From an uncultured Pelagibacteraceae bacterium (GTDB lineage Bacteria > Pseudomonadota > Alphaproteobacteria > Pelagibacterales > Pelagibacteraceae), in NCBI GenBank assembly GCA_902596785.1, contig CACJVG010000003.1:874-64873 (forward strand): 64,000 nt of DNA. Direction: 5' to 3'. Under the pieces are notes generated by a model. The model ran no database searches and was not told the origin of the DNA. It was given only the letters and a program-made list of their open reading frames with translations. A program made the translations under genes and the position numbers. Below, piece after piece: positions 8,347-19,277 of this stretch (within the stretch, counting starts at the first letter, position 1; each line of letters opens with the position of its first letter).

Positions 8347-10683
8347 ATGAATAAATTTTTTAGAAATATCTTTATTTTAATTACTTCTTTTATTCTATTA
8401 TCAGCAATTTCGATAATAAGTGTTTTATGGACTTATTCTAATGATTTACCAGATTATAAATTTCTTAAAAATTACAAACCTCCTGTTTCCAGCAAAGTTT
8501 ACTCTGGTAATGGTGATTTGGTGGCAGATTTTTCACAGGAAAAAAGAGTATTTGTTCCATTTAATTCAATCCCAAAAAATGTAATTAACGCATTTTTATC
8601 TGCTGAGGATAAAAATTTTTTTAAACATCCAGGTGTTGACGCTAAAGGTGTAATTAGAGCTGTAATAAACAATATTTCAAATTTTTTATCATCTAAAAGG
8701 TTGGAGGGAGCATCTACAATTACTCAACAAGTAGCAAAAAATTTCTTGCTAACAAATGAAGTAAGTTTAAATAGGAAAATTAAGGAAGCGATTCTAGCTT
8801 TTAGAATAGAGAGAGCTTTATCTAAAGAAAGAATTCTAGAACTATATCTAAATCAAATTTATCTTGGAAGTGGAGCATATGGAGTAGCGGCTGCTAGCTT
8901 AGAATATTTTGATAAATCTATTAAAGATTTAAATTACTCAGAAGCTGCTTTATTAGCGGCTTTACCAAAAGCACCTAGCAGATATAATCCTTATAGAGAT
9001 CCAGATATAGCAAAATTTAGAAGAAATTTAGTTTTAAAAAATTTGCTAGATAATAATTATTTAACTTCAGAATGGTATGAAAAACTTACAAAAGAGGAAA
9101 TAATTTTAAAAAAAAATAAGAAAATTTATTTAGAAGATGCTCAATATTTTATTGAAGATGTTAGAAAAAGTATAATTGAAACTTTGAGTTATGATAAAGT
9201 TTACAAACAAGGTTTTAATATCAATACTCCAATAGATTTAAATTTACAAACAATTGCAACAAAATCACTTAGAAATGGATTATTAGCATATGACAAAAGA
9301 AAAGGATGGAGAGGACCGCTTACTAACAAGATTTATAATTCAGAATGGAAAAAAGATTTAGAAAAGTATAAATTAGAAAATTCAATTAATTGGAAATTAG
9401 CAATAGTCAAAAAAATAAATAAATTTTCAGTAGAAATAGAAACAGAAAACAATATCAAAGGTGTTATCGAGTATCAGAGTATTTCTTGGACAAAGAAAGA
9501 ATTTAATAAATTATTAAAACCTGGTGACATTATATATGTTGAAAAAATTAAAGAAAATATTTTCAATTTAAAACAACTACCAAAAGTAAATGGTGGAATT
9601 GTTGTAATGGATCCCTTTACTGGCAGAGTTTTAGCGTTAAGTGGTGGATTTAGTTTTAAACAAAGTGAATTTAACAGAGCAACCCAAGCTAAAAGACAGC
9701 CTGGATCAGCTTTTAAACCATTTGTTTATGCATTAGCCTTAGAGAACAATTTTACACCAACATCATTAGTTCTAGACGCACCACTGGTTTTAGACCAAGG
9801 AGATGATTTAAAAATGTGGAAACCAGAAAATTACGGAAAAAAATTTTATGGGCCTTCGACTTTAAGGGTTGGTTTGGAGAAATCTAGAAATTTAATGACA
9901 GTAAGAATAGCCCAAAATCTTGGTATAGGGAAAATAGTTGATTTTTCAAAAGCATTAAAAATTTATGATAATCCAGAAGAACTTTTATCCATATCTTTGG
10001 GGTCTGCTGAAACAACTTTATTAAAACTTACATCTGCTTATTCAGTTTTTGTTAATGGAGGAAAACTTGTTGAACCAATACTTATAGATAGAATTCAAGA
10101 CAGTGAAGGAAATACTGTTTTTAATAATGATAAAAGAAAATGTATCAATTGTGATCAAATTTCTTATTTAACCAACGATTATCCAGAGATTAAAAATAAC
10201 TACACGCAAATTTTCTCTCCAGAAACAGCTTTTCAAATGACCTCAATTTTAGAAGGAGTTGTTCAAAGAGGTACAGCTAAAAAACTAAAAGATTTAAATT
10301 TAAATATTGCAGGCAAAACTGGAACAACAAATAAAAATACAGATACTTGGTTTATAGGTTTTACCTCAAATGTACTAGTTGGTGTTTATGTTGGTTCAGA
10401 TAACCCAACTCCGCTAGGAAAATATGAAACAGGATCTAAAACTGCTTTACCAATATTTAAAAGTTTTATAAGTGATTCTGTTAACAAATATGATGCAAGG
10501 CCATTTAAGGCTGCTAAAGGAACAGTGATGATGGTTGTTGACCCTTTAACAGGTCAAAAAGCAAAATTTAACTCAAAGAATACTATTATTGAGGTTTTTA
10601 AAAAAGAAAATATTGTTGATGGAAAAGTACTTTACACAAATTCAGATAGATTAGATTCAAATAATATATTAAAGTTTTACTAA
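8347..10683 (+). CDS. mrcA: Penicillin-binding protein 1A
   Basis: N-terminal TM helix; transglycosylase motifs EDKNF and GASTITQQVAKN; transpeptidase motifs SAFK, SRN and KTG. Confidence 0.96.
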   Translation: MNKFFRNIFILITSFILLSAISIISVLWTYSNDLPDYKFLKNYKPPVSSKVYSGNGDLVADFSQEKRVFVPFNSIPKNVINAFLSAEDKNFFKHPGVDAKGVIRAVINNISNFLSSKRLEGASTITQQVAKNFLLTNEVSLNRKIKEAILAFRIERALSKERILELYLNQIYLGSGAYGVAAASLEYFDKSIKDLNYSEAALLAALPKAPSRYNPYRDPDIAKFRRNLVLKNLLDNNYLTSEWYEKLTKEEIILKKNKKIYLEDAQYFIEDVRKSIIETLSYDKVYKQGFNINTPIDLNLQTIATKSLRNGLLAYDKRKGWRGPLTNKIYNSEWKKDLEKYKLENSINWKLAIVKKINKFSVEIETENNIKGVIEYQSISWTKKEFNKLLKPGDIIYVEKIKENIFNLKQLPKVNGGIVVMDPFTGRVLALSGGFSFKQSEFNRATQAKRQPGSAFKPFVYALALENNFTPTSLVLDAPLVLDQGDDLKMWKPENYGKKFYGPSTLRVGLEKSRNLMTVRIAQNLGIGKIVDFSKALKIYDNPEELLSISLGSAETTLLKLTSAYSVFVNGGKLVEPILIDRIQDSEGNTVFNNDKRKCINCDQISYLTNDYPEIKNNYTQIFSPETAFQMTSILEGVVQRGTAKKLKDLNLNIAGKTGTTNKNTDTWFIGFTSNVLVGVYVGSDNPTPLGKYETGSKTALPIFKSFISDSVNKYDARPFKAAKGTVMMVVDPLTGQKAKFNSKNTIIEVFKKENIVDGKVLYTNSDRLDSNNILKFY

Positions 10684-11784
10684 TGGATAATAATTATCAA
10701 AATTTAAAAGAAGAGATTGAAAAGATAAATCAAAAAATACAGGAGTATCTTTGAAAAAAACAATATCTATTCAAAACTGCAGTCTTTAAATTCACAAATA
10801 CTAATTGCCGATTTTTGGCAAGATAAAAATAATTCTCAAAGAGTAATCAAAGAAAAGAAATTTTATGAAGATTTAACTAATTCTTTAAATAATAATGTTG
10901 AAAAACTTAAAGATTTAAATGATTTGAATCAACTGGCGTTTGAAGAAGAAAATTTACAAGTTCAAAAAGAAGTTCTCCAAAATATTAAAGACTTAAGGAG
11001 TGAAGTTAAAAAAAATGAAATTAAATGTTTTTTATCTAATGAAGCTGACCCTTTAAATTGTTATATAGAGATACATGCTGGTGCAGGAGGCACTGAAAGT
11101 CAAGATTGGGCTGATATGCTGAGAAGAATGTATTTAAAGTGGTCTGATAAAAAAAATTTTAAATCAAGTTTGATTAGTGAACATAGAGGTGACGAGGCTG
11201 GAATAAAGTCTGCAACAATAAAAATAGATGGTGACTATGTTTTCGGTTGGTTAAAAAAAGAGTCTGGAATACATAGATTGGTAAGGATATCTCCATTTGA
11301 CTCCGGAGCGAGAAGGCACACAAGTTTTGCAAGTGTTTGGATTTATCCAGTTGTAGATGAAAATATTAATATAGAAATTTTAGAAAAAGATTTAAGAATA
11401 GATACCTATCGTTCCAGCGGAGCAGGTGGTCAGCATGTTAATACTACTGATAGCGCAGTTAGAATAACACACATTCCTTCAAAAATTGTTGTTCAATGTC
11501 AAAATGAAAGATCTCAACATAAAAATAAAGAAACATGCATGAATATGTTGAAAGCAAGATTATATGATTATGAAATTAAAAAAAGAGAGGAAGAAAATCA
11601 AAATATTGAAAGCTCTAAATCTGAAATAGGGTGGGGGCATCAAATTAGATCTTATGTTCTCCAACCTTACAGACTTGTAAAAGATAATAGAACTAGTTTT
11701 GAAAGTACCAGTCCTGATAAAGTATTAGATGGTGATATTGACGAATTTTTGGAACAATCTCTTTATAAATTAAATGAAAAATAA
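10683..11784 (+). CDS. prfB: Peptide chain release factor 2, expressed via +1 programmed frameshift
   Basis: ATG 10683 gives 23 codons ending CTT-TGA (10749-10754), with internal SD AGGAG at 10741. The +1 frame from 10753 continues into the ORF with SPF and GGQ motifs. Confidence 0.95.
10741..10755 (+). promoter_or_regulatory. prfB +1 ribosomal frameshift site
   Basis: Sequence AGGAG-TAT-CTT-TGA-A. Confidence 0.9.
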
Positions 11785-14203
11785 TATTTTAAAATATTTT
11801 ATTCTGCTTCTGTCAGTGTTTGTTATTTTGACAATTTACCTTAGCACTGTAGGTATAGAGACAGATAGATTTAACGATGAAATTAAAAAAAGAATTTCAC
11901 TTATAAATAAAAATATAGATATAAATTTAAAAAAAATTAGATTAATTCTAGATCCTTTTAAACTAAAAATTTACGCTGAAACAGTTGATACCACGGTATA
12001 TTTATCAAAAATACCTTTAGCATTAGAAAGCATTAAAACGCAAGTTTCGCTCAGTTCTTTAATTAAAAATAAGATTTCATCATCAAATATAGAGGTAAGA
12101 ACTAGGTCTATATTATTAAATGATTTAATTAAATTTATTCGAACCACAAATAATACACCTCAGTTATTTATATTAGAAAAAATTATAAAAAAAGGTCATG
12201 TAATTATAGATCTGAATTTAAACATCGATGAAAATGGTAAACTTAAAAATGATTATATCATTGAAGGTTTGATGAAAGATGGAAGTATTAATTTTTTAGA
12301 TAGGGCTTATTTTAAAAATATAAATTTTAATTTCAATTTTCAAAAAGATAATTATCATTTTAATGAAATAAATTTTAAAGCAGAAGAAGTAAATTTTATT
12401 TCAAAAAAACTTAACATAAAAAAGAAAAAAAATAGTTTTTTAGTTGATGCTATTGTTGAAAACGATAAATCAAGTTTAAATTCAAATATATTAAAGTTAT
12501 TAAATTTAAGTTTTGAAAATATAATTGTTGATGATGCTATATTTAATACAAATAATGAATTTTCTTTGGAAATAGATGAAAAATTCAAAGTTAAAAATAT
12601 TATTTTAAATTCTGATATAAATATTACTCAGCTTAAATATGAAAATTTAAAAATAATTAATAACTATTTTCCAGAAGTTGATGATCTGATTTTACTCGAT
12701 AATCATAAATTAAATTTAAATTACAAGGACAAAAATTTATCAATTAACGGTGAGGGACAAATTCAGTTAAATACTGGAGAAGTAGATGAAATTAAATATT
12801 TCATTAATAAAAAAGATAAGGATTTAAGTATAGATTCAGAATTATTTTTAAAAAATATAGTTTTAAAGCAGCAAGATTTTCTAAAAATTTTCTTCCCTCA
12901 AAGTAATAAAAAAATTGATTTTAATAATCAAAAATTAAAAATTAAATTTAAAAATAATAAATTTATTTTTTCAGGGTCTGGAAAATTCAAAATCGATAAA
13001 GATTTTGAAGATATTGATTATTTAATTGAGAAAGAAAAAAATAAAATAAGTTTTAACACTAATTTAAATGTAAAAAATACAAAATTCATATTTGATAATA
13101 TTAATTATGAAAAAAAAGATGATAGCCAAATGTATCTTCAAATTAATGGAGAAATAGAAAATAATAAAAATCTAAATATAAATAACTTTGTTCTTAATGA
13201 AGAAAATAATAACATTAAAATTAAGAATTTATCTCTTAACGATTCTAATCAAATAATAAAAATTGATCAGGCAAATTTCAATTATCTAGATACAGAAAAT
13301 AAAAAAAATAATTACAACATACAAAAAGTAGAAGGACAAAAATATTTAATTGATGGCACTTTATTTAATGCAAATTCTTTAATTTCGAATTTGCTAGATG
13401 CCGATGATAAAAAAGAAAACAATCTTTTTGAAAATAATATAAGTATTGACCTAAATTTTGATGAAGTTTACTTGGATAAAATATACTTTGTTAGGAATTT
13501 AAAAGGAAAGATAAATATTATTAATAACAAAGTAGAAGAAGTGGATATTTTAGCCTTTTATAACAATTCACAAAATATAAAATTTACAATTAAAACAAAT
13601 AATCTAGGTGAAAAAATTACTACCCTTTTCTCATCAAAGGCAAAACCGCTAGTAGATAGATATAAATTCATTAAAGGATTTAAAGATGACAGAGAGGGAT
13701 ATTTAGACTTTTATTCTTTGAAAAAAGATGGAGTTTCAACTTCTAAATTAGTAATTGATAATTTTAAAGTTAAAGAAATTCCAGCGCTAGCCAAGTTATT
13801 GGCTCTTGCATCTCTTCAAGGAATAGCGGACTTACTTACAGGAGAAGGGATTAGGTTCACAGATTTTGAAATGGATTTTACCAATCAAGATAAATTTATG
13901 AAAATTCAAGAGTTATATGCAATTGGTCCAGCAATATCTATTTTATTAGAAGGATACATTGAGGAAGATAAATTAATCAGCCTAAGAGGAACATTGGTTC
14001 CAGCGACAACAATTAATAGATCTATAGCTTCAATACCTTTGCTTGGAGATCTATTGATTGGAAAGAAAGTGGGCGATGGTGTTTTTGGAGTCAGCTTTAA
14101 AATTAAAGGCCCCCCTAAAGATTTAGAAACTACTGTAAATCCTATAAAAACTTTAACACCTAGGTTTATTACCAGAACTTTAGAGAAAATTAAAAAAAAT
14201 TAA
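11774..14203 (+). CDS. AsmA-like/YhdP (DUF3971-type) envelope protein
   Basis: N-terminal TM, long beta-rich body, C-terminal GTLVPATTIN..IPLLGDLLIG..GVFGVSFKIKG..VNPIKTLTPRF; lies beside tyrS. Confidence 0.75.
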   Translation: MKNNILKYFILLLSVFVILTIYLSTVGIETDRFNDEIKKRISLINKNIDINLKKIRLILDPFKLKIYAETVDTTVYLSKIPLALESIKTQVSLSSLIKNKISSSNIEVRTRSILLNDLIKFIRTTNNTPQLFILEKIIKKGHVIIDLNLNIDENGKLKNDYIIEGLMKDGSINFLDRAYFKNINFNFNFQKDNYHFNEINFKAEEVNFISKKLNIKKKKNSFLVDAIVENDKSSLNSNILKLLNLSFENIIVDDAIFNTNNEFSLEIDEKFKVKNIILNSDINITQLKYENLKIINNYFPEVDDLILLDNHKLNLNYKDKNLSINGEGQIQLNTGEVDEIKYFINKKDKDLSIDSELFLKNIVLKQQDFLKIFFPQSNKKIDFNNQKLKIKFKNNKFIFSGSGKFKIDKDFEDIDYLIEKEKNKISFNTNLNVKNTKFIFDNINYEKKDDSQMYLQINGEIENNKNLNINNFVLNEENNNIKIKNLSLNDSNQIIKIDQANFNYLDTENKKNNYNIQKVEGQKYLIDGTLFNANSLISNLLDADDKKENNLFENNISIDLNFDEVYLDKIYFVRNLKGKINIINNKVEEVDILAFYNNSQNIKFTIKTNNLGEKITTLFSSKAKPLVDRYKFIKGFKDDREGYLDFYSLKKDGVSTSKLVIDNFKVKEIPALAKLLALASLQGIADLLTGEGIRFTDFEMDFTNQDKFMKIQELYAIGPAISILLEGYIEEDKLISLRGTLVPATTINRSIASIPLLGDLLIGKKVGDGVFGVSFKIKGPPKDLETTVNPIKTLTPRFITRTLEKIKKN

Positions 14204-15429
14204 TTCAACTCTATTTTAATATGTCTTTTTTTTCCAAGGGAAAGTTTAAGATAGTTATCTTTAAACAGATTTTTATTTATTTCGAATTTTTCATCTGAAA
14301 TAATATTATCGTTTATTTTTACCGCACTCCCTTTTATAAGTCTTCTGATTTCACTTTTCGAATTTTCTAACTTAGATATTAAAACAAGATCTACTATATT
14401 TATTTTTTCTTCTATTTTATTCGATTTAATATTAACTTTAGGTAAGTTCGAACCCAGAGTATTTCCAGAAAAAGCCTCTTTTGCTGCTTGTTCAGAATTT
14501 TTAGCAGCATCCTTTCCATGCAACATTTCTGTAGTTTTATTAGCAAGTAGTATTTTTAATTCATTTATATCATTATCTTTAATTTTTTCGATTTCCTTAA
14601 TTTCAATTTCAGTAAACATTTTTAAAAATTTAATTACATCTCTATCATCTACATTTCTCCAAAACTGCCAATAATCATAAGCTGATAAATATTTTTCATC
14701 TAACCAAATAGCTCCATTTTCAGTTTTTCCCATTTTAGCACCAGTTGCTAGTGTAATTAATGGAGTTGTTAAACCAAAAGTTTGATTATTAGAATGTCTT
14801 TTAATTAGCTCAACACCATTAACAATGTTTCCCCATTGATCTGAACCTCCGATTTGTAAGACACAATTTTCTTTCTTATTTAATTCGAGAAAATCATATG
14901 CTTGTAAAATCATATAATTAAATTCCATATAGCTCAGAGATTGTTCTCTATCTAATCTGAGTTTTACACTATCAAATGTTAGCATTCTATTTATAGTGAA
15001 ATGTTTTCCGATATCTCTTAAAAACGAAATATAATTTAAATCTTTAAGCCAAGTATAATTGTTTACAAATATTGGCTTTGTATTCTGATCATCATTATCT
15101 AAAAATTTTTTTAAAATGTTTTTGATATTTTTAATATTTTTTTCAATCTCATCCTCACTTAATATTTTTCTAGTTTTATCTTTACCAGATGGATCCCCAA
15201 TTCTTGTAGTTCCTCCACCAAGTAAAACTATTGGTCGATGTCCATTTTTCTGAAGTAGTCGTAAACACATTATTTGCAGTAAGCTACCCACATGTAGGCT
15301 TTCAGCTGTACAATCAAAACCTATGTAACCTTTTATCTTTTCTTCATCTAATTGTTTAGATAGTTCATCTTCACTTGTGCATTGATAGAAAAAACCTCTA
15401 TCTTTAAATTCTTTTAAAAATTTATTCAT
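14200..15429 (-). CDS. tyrS: Tyrosine--tRNA ligase
   Basis: GFDCTAESLHVG, QIGGSDQWGN, KMGKT, C-terminal S4 domain. Confidence 0.97.
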   Translation of the reverse strand: MNKFLKEFKDRGFFYQCTSEDELSKQLDEEKIKGYIGFDCTAESLHVGSLLQIMCLRLLQKNGHRPIVLLGGGTTRIGDPSGKDKTRKILSEDEIEKNIKNIKNILKKFLDNDDQNTKPIFVNNYTWLKDLNYISFLRDIGKHFTINRMLTFDSVKLRLDREQSLSYMEFNYMILQAYDFLELNKKENCVLQIGGSDQWGNIVNGVELIKRHSNNQTFGLTTPLITLATGAKMGKTENGAIWLDEKYLSAYDYWQFWRNVDDRDVIKFLKMFTEIEIKEIEKIKDNDINELKILLANKTTEMLHGKDAAKNSEQAAKEAFSGNTLGSNLPKVNIKSNKIEEKINIVDLVLISKLENSKSEIRRLIKGSAVKINDNIISDEKFEINKNLFKDNYLKLSLGKKRHIKIELN

Positions 15430-15474
15430 AAGTTTATAGTTACAATATACAAATTTTTTTTAAAAAACATATCA

Positions 15475-16617
15475 ATGAAAAAAAAATTATATACTGCAAT
15501 TGGACTAATGAGTGGAACATCTATGGATGGTATTGATTTATCTATAATTAGTTCAAATGGATACGATGAATTTTCAAACATTTTAGATGATTATTATGAG
15601 TATGATAAAAATCTTCAGGATCAGTTAGTTCGATTAAGAGATTTAGTTTTAACAAAGAAAGATCTTTTACAAAATTCAGAAAAATTAAGAGAATTAGAGC
15701 GTAATTTAACTCTTTTTCACGCCGATGCAGTCAATCAATCATTAAAAAAATATAGAGATCCCATTGATTTGATAGGTTTTCATGGTCAAACAATTTTTCA
15801 TAACCCAAATGAGAAAATTACCAATCAATTAGGAGATGGGAAATTGTTATCTCAAATGGTCAAAAAAAAAGTCATTTATGATTTTAGACAAGCGGATATT
15901 CAAAATAATGGTCAAGGTGCACCTTTAACACCAATTTTCCATTATATTTTGTCAAAAAAAATAAATCAAAATTTTGATCTTAAATTTCCATTAGGTTTCT
16001 TAAATATTGGTGGTATCGCAAATGTTACAAAAGTAATTAATGAATCGGATAATTTTCAATATAACCTTTCTGCTTTTGATATAGGTCCTGGTAATTGTTT
16101 AATTGATGAATGGGTAAGAAAGAATTCAAATAAAAAATTTGATAAAAATGGTGAACTAGCTACAGTAGGGAAAGTTGATCAATTAATTTTAAACCAAGCA
16201 ATAGATAATTTTAAAATAAATTCTTACTCCCAGTCATTAGATATTAAAAATTTTGATGTATCTTTTGCAAGAGGTTTGTCGCTAGAAGATGGTTGTGCTA
16301 CTATAACAGATTTTACAGCATATTTAATTGCAGAAGGATTAAAACATATTAGCCAAAAAAATAGTATTACATTTTTGCTTTGTGGTGGTGGAAGAAAAAA
16401 TAGTAATTTAATTAATCGTATAAAAAATTACATATCAAATGAAAATAATATTACTTTGAAATCTATAGATAATTATAATTTAAATGGTGATTATATTGAA
16501 TCCCAGGCATTTGGATTTTTAGCCATAAGGTCTTTTTTAAATTTACCAATTTCTTTTAGCACAACAACTGGATGTAAAGAATTTACAGTAGGTGGAAAAC
16601 TGGTAGAAAATTTTTAA
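15475..16617 (+). CDS. anmK: Anhydro-N-acetylmuramic acid kinase
   Basis: GLMSGTSMDGID, GFHGQT, GQGAPL, NIGGIAN, FDIGPGN, CGGGRKN. Confidence 0.95.
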   Translation: MKKKLYTAIGLMSGTSMDGIDLSIISSNGYDEFSNILDDYYEYDKNLQDQLVRLRDLVLTKKDLLQNSEKLRELERNLTLFHADAVNQSLKKYRDPIDLIGFHGQTIFHNPNEKITNQLGDGKLLSQMVKKKVIYDFRQADIQNNGQGAPLTPIFHYILSKKINQNFDLKFPLGFLNIGGIANVTKVINESDNFQYNLSAFDIGPGNCLIDEWVRKNSNKKFDKNGELATVGKVDQLILNQAIDNFKINSYSQSLDIKNFDVSFARGLSLEDGCATITDFTAYLIAEGLKHISQKNSITFLLCGGGRKNSNLINRIKNYISNENNITLKSIDNYNLNGDYIESQAFGFLAIRSFLNLPISFSTTTGCKEFTVGGKLVENF

Positions 16618-17270
16618 TATAGTGCTGTTTCCTTTTTTATATATTTATCAAGATGCTTAACTAAAGCATCACTTGTTTTTGAAAAGAAATGATTAGCCTC
16701 TGATATTGCATTAAATTCTACTTTAATACCTTTTTGAGCACTTAATCTTTTATCTAATTCTGTAATATATTCTATTGGTACCAATTCATCTTTTTTACCA
16801 TAAGCAACTAAACCAGAAGTTGGACATGGAGATAAAAAAGAAAAATCATAAACATTTGGTTGAGGTGAAATTGCTATAAACCTGTTTATTTCTGGTCTTC
16901 TCATTAATAATTGCATTGCAATTAAAGATCCAAATGAAAATCCTGAAACCCAACATTGTGAATTGTCAAAATTTTCTCTTTCTAACCAATCTAAAGCAGC
17001 TGCTGCATCAGCAAGTTCGCCTTGACCATTATCGAATTCTCCATCACTTTTACCAACACCTCTGAAATTTACTCTGCACACCGAAAAATCGTTATCCATA
17101 AATGTATGGAAAGTGTCTACTACTACTTTATTATTCATCGTTCCTCCATATTGAGGATGGGGCTGTAACACTAAAGCAATTGGTGAAGTATTTTTTTTAC
17201 TTTTATAATATTTAGCCTCAAGTCTTCCTGCAGGACCAGGTATAAATATTTCTAAAATTTTATTGTCCAT
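16614..17270 (-). CDS. Alpha/beta hydrolase
   Basis: GPAGRLE, PHPQYGGTMNN, GFSFG nucleophile elbow, D and ANHFF. Confidence 0.9.
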   Translation of the reverse strand: MDNKILEIFIPGPAGRLEAKYYKSKKNTSPIALVLQPHPQYGGTMNNKVVVDTFHTFMDNDFSVCRVNFRGVGKSDGEFDNGQGELADAAAALDWLERENFDNSQCWVSGFSFGSLIAMQLLMRRPEINRFIAISPQPNVYDFSFLSPCPTSGLVAYGKKDELVPIEYITELDKRLSAQKGIKVEFNAISEANHFFSKTSDALVKHLDKYIKKETALY

Positions 17271-17352
17271 AAGCGATATTGATTATTATTCTCAAAAAAA
17301 ATGTACGTTTATCATAAGTCAGCGACAAAATGTTAGTTTTTTTTTACACTCT

Positions 17353-17377
17353 AAACTTGACCATTTTAGTCAGGTAT
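17353..17377 (+). promoter_or_regulatory. Probable IscR (type 1) operator overlapping the iscR-suf promoter
   Basis: AAACTTGACCATTTTAGTCAGGTAT is an imperfect palindrome (TGAC-N7-GTCA) containing -35-like TTGACC; -10-like TATAAA follows at 17379. Confidence 0.7.
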
Positions 17378-17407
17378 GTATAAAAACCCACAATTTAAGG
17401 GTAAAAA

Positions 17408-17833
17408 ATGAAACTTACATCAAAAGGTAGATACGCTGTAATGGCATTAGTTGATTTAGCTAGGTTTGATAATATCAATCCAGTATCACTAAGAGATATA
17501 TCATTAAGACAAGGTATATCTTTAGATTACCTAGAGCAAATTTTTTCTAAATTAAAAAAAAACGAAATTGTTAAAAGTATAAGAGGAACGCAAGGAGGAT
17601 ACGTTCTTAATAAAAATCCAAATGATATAAAATTAACAAATATCTTTCATGCAGTTGATGAAAAAGTAAAAACTGTTCAATGTAAAAAAGAATCTAAAAA
17701 AGGATGCAACGGCAAAGCCACAAAGTGCATTACTCATAATTTATGGGACGAATTAGAGATACACATAAATACATTTTTTGAAAATAAAAGCCTTAAAGAT
17801 TTATTAAACAACAACAAAGAAACAAGAGTTTAG
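17408..17833 (+). CDS. iscR: Rrf2-family Fe-S cluster regulator
   Basis: [24 protein letters not shown]; three Cys plus His (C-x7-C-x6-C-x2-H). Confidence 0.88.
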   Translation: MKLTSKGRYAVMALVDLARFDNINPVSLRDISLRQGISLDYLEQIFSKLKKNEIVKSIRGTQGGYVLNKNPNDIKLTNIFHAVDEKVKTVQCKKESKKGCNGKATKCITHNLWDELEIHINTFFENKSLKDLLNNNKETRV

Positions 17834-17834
17834 A

Positions 17835-19277
17835 ATGGATAACAGGCAAAAAGAAATAAATAATTTAAAAGACTATAAATATGGTTTTTCTACAGATATA
17901 GAAAATATTCAAGCCCCAAAAGGTTTGAATGAAGATGTTATTAAATTTATTTCAAATATAAAAAAAGAACCTGCATGGATGCTTGAATTCAGACTAAAAG
18001 CTTTTGAGAGATTTAAGGTGTTAAAAGAACCAGATTGGCAGAAACCTAAATTTCCAAAAATAGATTATCAAGATTTATATTATTATTCTGCACCTAAAAG
18101 CATGAAAGATAAGCCAAAGAGCTTAGATGAACTGGATCCTAAACTTTTAGAAACTTATAAGAAGCTTGGAATTCCTTTGCAAGAGCAAGCGAGATTAAAT
18201 GGAATAGCTGTTGATGCTGTATTTGATTCAGTTTCTGTAGCCACTACATTTAAAGATGAATTAACTAAACAAGGAATTATATTTTGTCCTATATCAGAGG
18301 CAATTCAAAATCACCCTGAATTAGTTAAAAAATATCTAGGATCTGTAATTCCAACAAGTGATCATTTTTTTGCAACATTAAATTCAGCAGTTTTTACAGA
18401 TGGTTCATTTGTATACATTCCAGAAGGTGTTAGATGTCCAATGGAACTATCAACTTATTTTAGAATTAATGCATCTAATACAGGCCAATTTGAAAGAACT
18501 TTAATTATTGCAGATAAAGGAAGTTATGTAAGTTACTTAGAGGGATGTACAGCTCCAATGAGAGATGAAAATCAATTACATGCTGCTAATGTAGAGCTAG
18601 TTGCGCTCGATGATGCAGAAATAAAATATTCAACTGTTCAGAACTGGTATCCAGGTGATCAAGATGGCAAAGGTGGAATTTATAATTTCGTAACCAAAAG
18701 AGGTTTATGCAAAGGTAAAAATTCTAAAATTTCATGGACACAAGTTGAAACAGGTTCTGCAATTACCTGGAAGTATCCTAGTTGTATTCTTAAAGGAGAT
18801 AACTCTGTGGGTGAGTTCTATTCAATAGCTATTACTAACAATCATCAAAAAGCAGATACAGGTACCAAAATGATCCATTTAGGCAAAAATACTAAAAGCA
18901 AAATAATTTCTAAAGGAATATCGGCTGGTAGTTCAGATATGACTTATAGAGGTTTAGTTGATATTTCATCAAAAGCCAAAAATTCGACTAATTATACTCA
19001 GTGTGACTCTTTATTAATGGGTAATAAATGTGGTGCTCACACTGTGCCTTATATAAAAAATAAAAATTCCGAGTCAAATATTGCTCATGAGGCAACTACA
19101 TCCAAGATTAGTGAAGAGCAGTTACATTATTGCCAACAAAGAGGATTAAATCCAGAGGAAGCTGTTGGCTTAATTGTTAACGGTTTTTGCAGGGAAGTAT
19201 TGCAACAATTGCCTATGGAATTTGCTGTAGAAGCACAAAAACTTGTAGGTATCAGTCTGGAAGGAAGTGTAGGCTAA
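17835..19277 (+). CDS. sufB: Fe-S assembly protein SufB
   Basis: [46 protein letters not shown]. Confidence 0.97.
   Translation: MDNRQKEINNLKDYKYGFSTDIENIQAPKGLNEDVIKFISNIKKEPAWMLEFRLKAFERFKVLKEPDWQKPKFPKIDYQDLYYYSAPKSMKDKPKSLDELDPKLLETYKKLGIPLQEQARLNGIAVDAVFDSVSVATTFKDELTKQGIIFCPISEAIQNHPELVKKYLGSVIPTSDHFFATLNSAVFTDGSFVYIPEGVRCPMELSTYFRINASNTGQFERTLIIADKGSYVSYLEGCTAPMRDENQLHAANVELVALDDAEIKYSTVQNWYPGDQDGKGGIYNFVTKRGLCKGKNSKISWTQVETGSAITWKYPSCILKGDNSVGEFYSIAITNNHQKADTGTKMIHLGKNTKSKIISKGISAGSSDMTYRGLVDISSKAKNSTNYTQCDSLLMGNKCGAHTVPYIKNKNSESNIAHEATTSKISEEQLHYCQQRGLNPEEAVGLIVNGFCREVLQQLPMEFAVEAQKLVGISLEGSVG

Noticed and set aside
10924-11784. prfB starting at TTG 10924, or prfB as a pseudogene
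   Set aside because: The upstream ORF plus the CTT-TGA frameshift signal explains a full-length RF2.
19187-19276. 30-aa Cys-rich N-terminal extension of SufC
   Set aside because: Overlaps the sufB 3' end in another frame; the TAATG-coupled ATG at 19277 gives a normal SufC.
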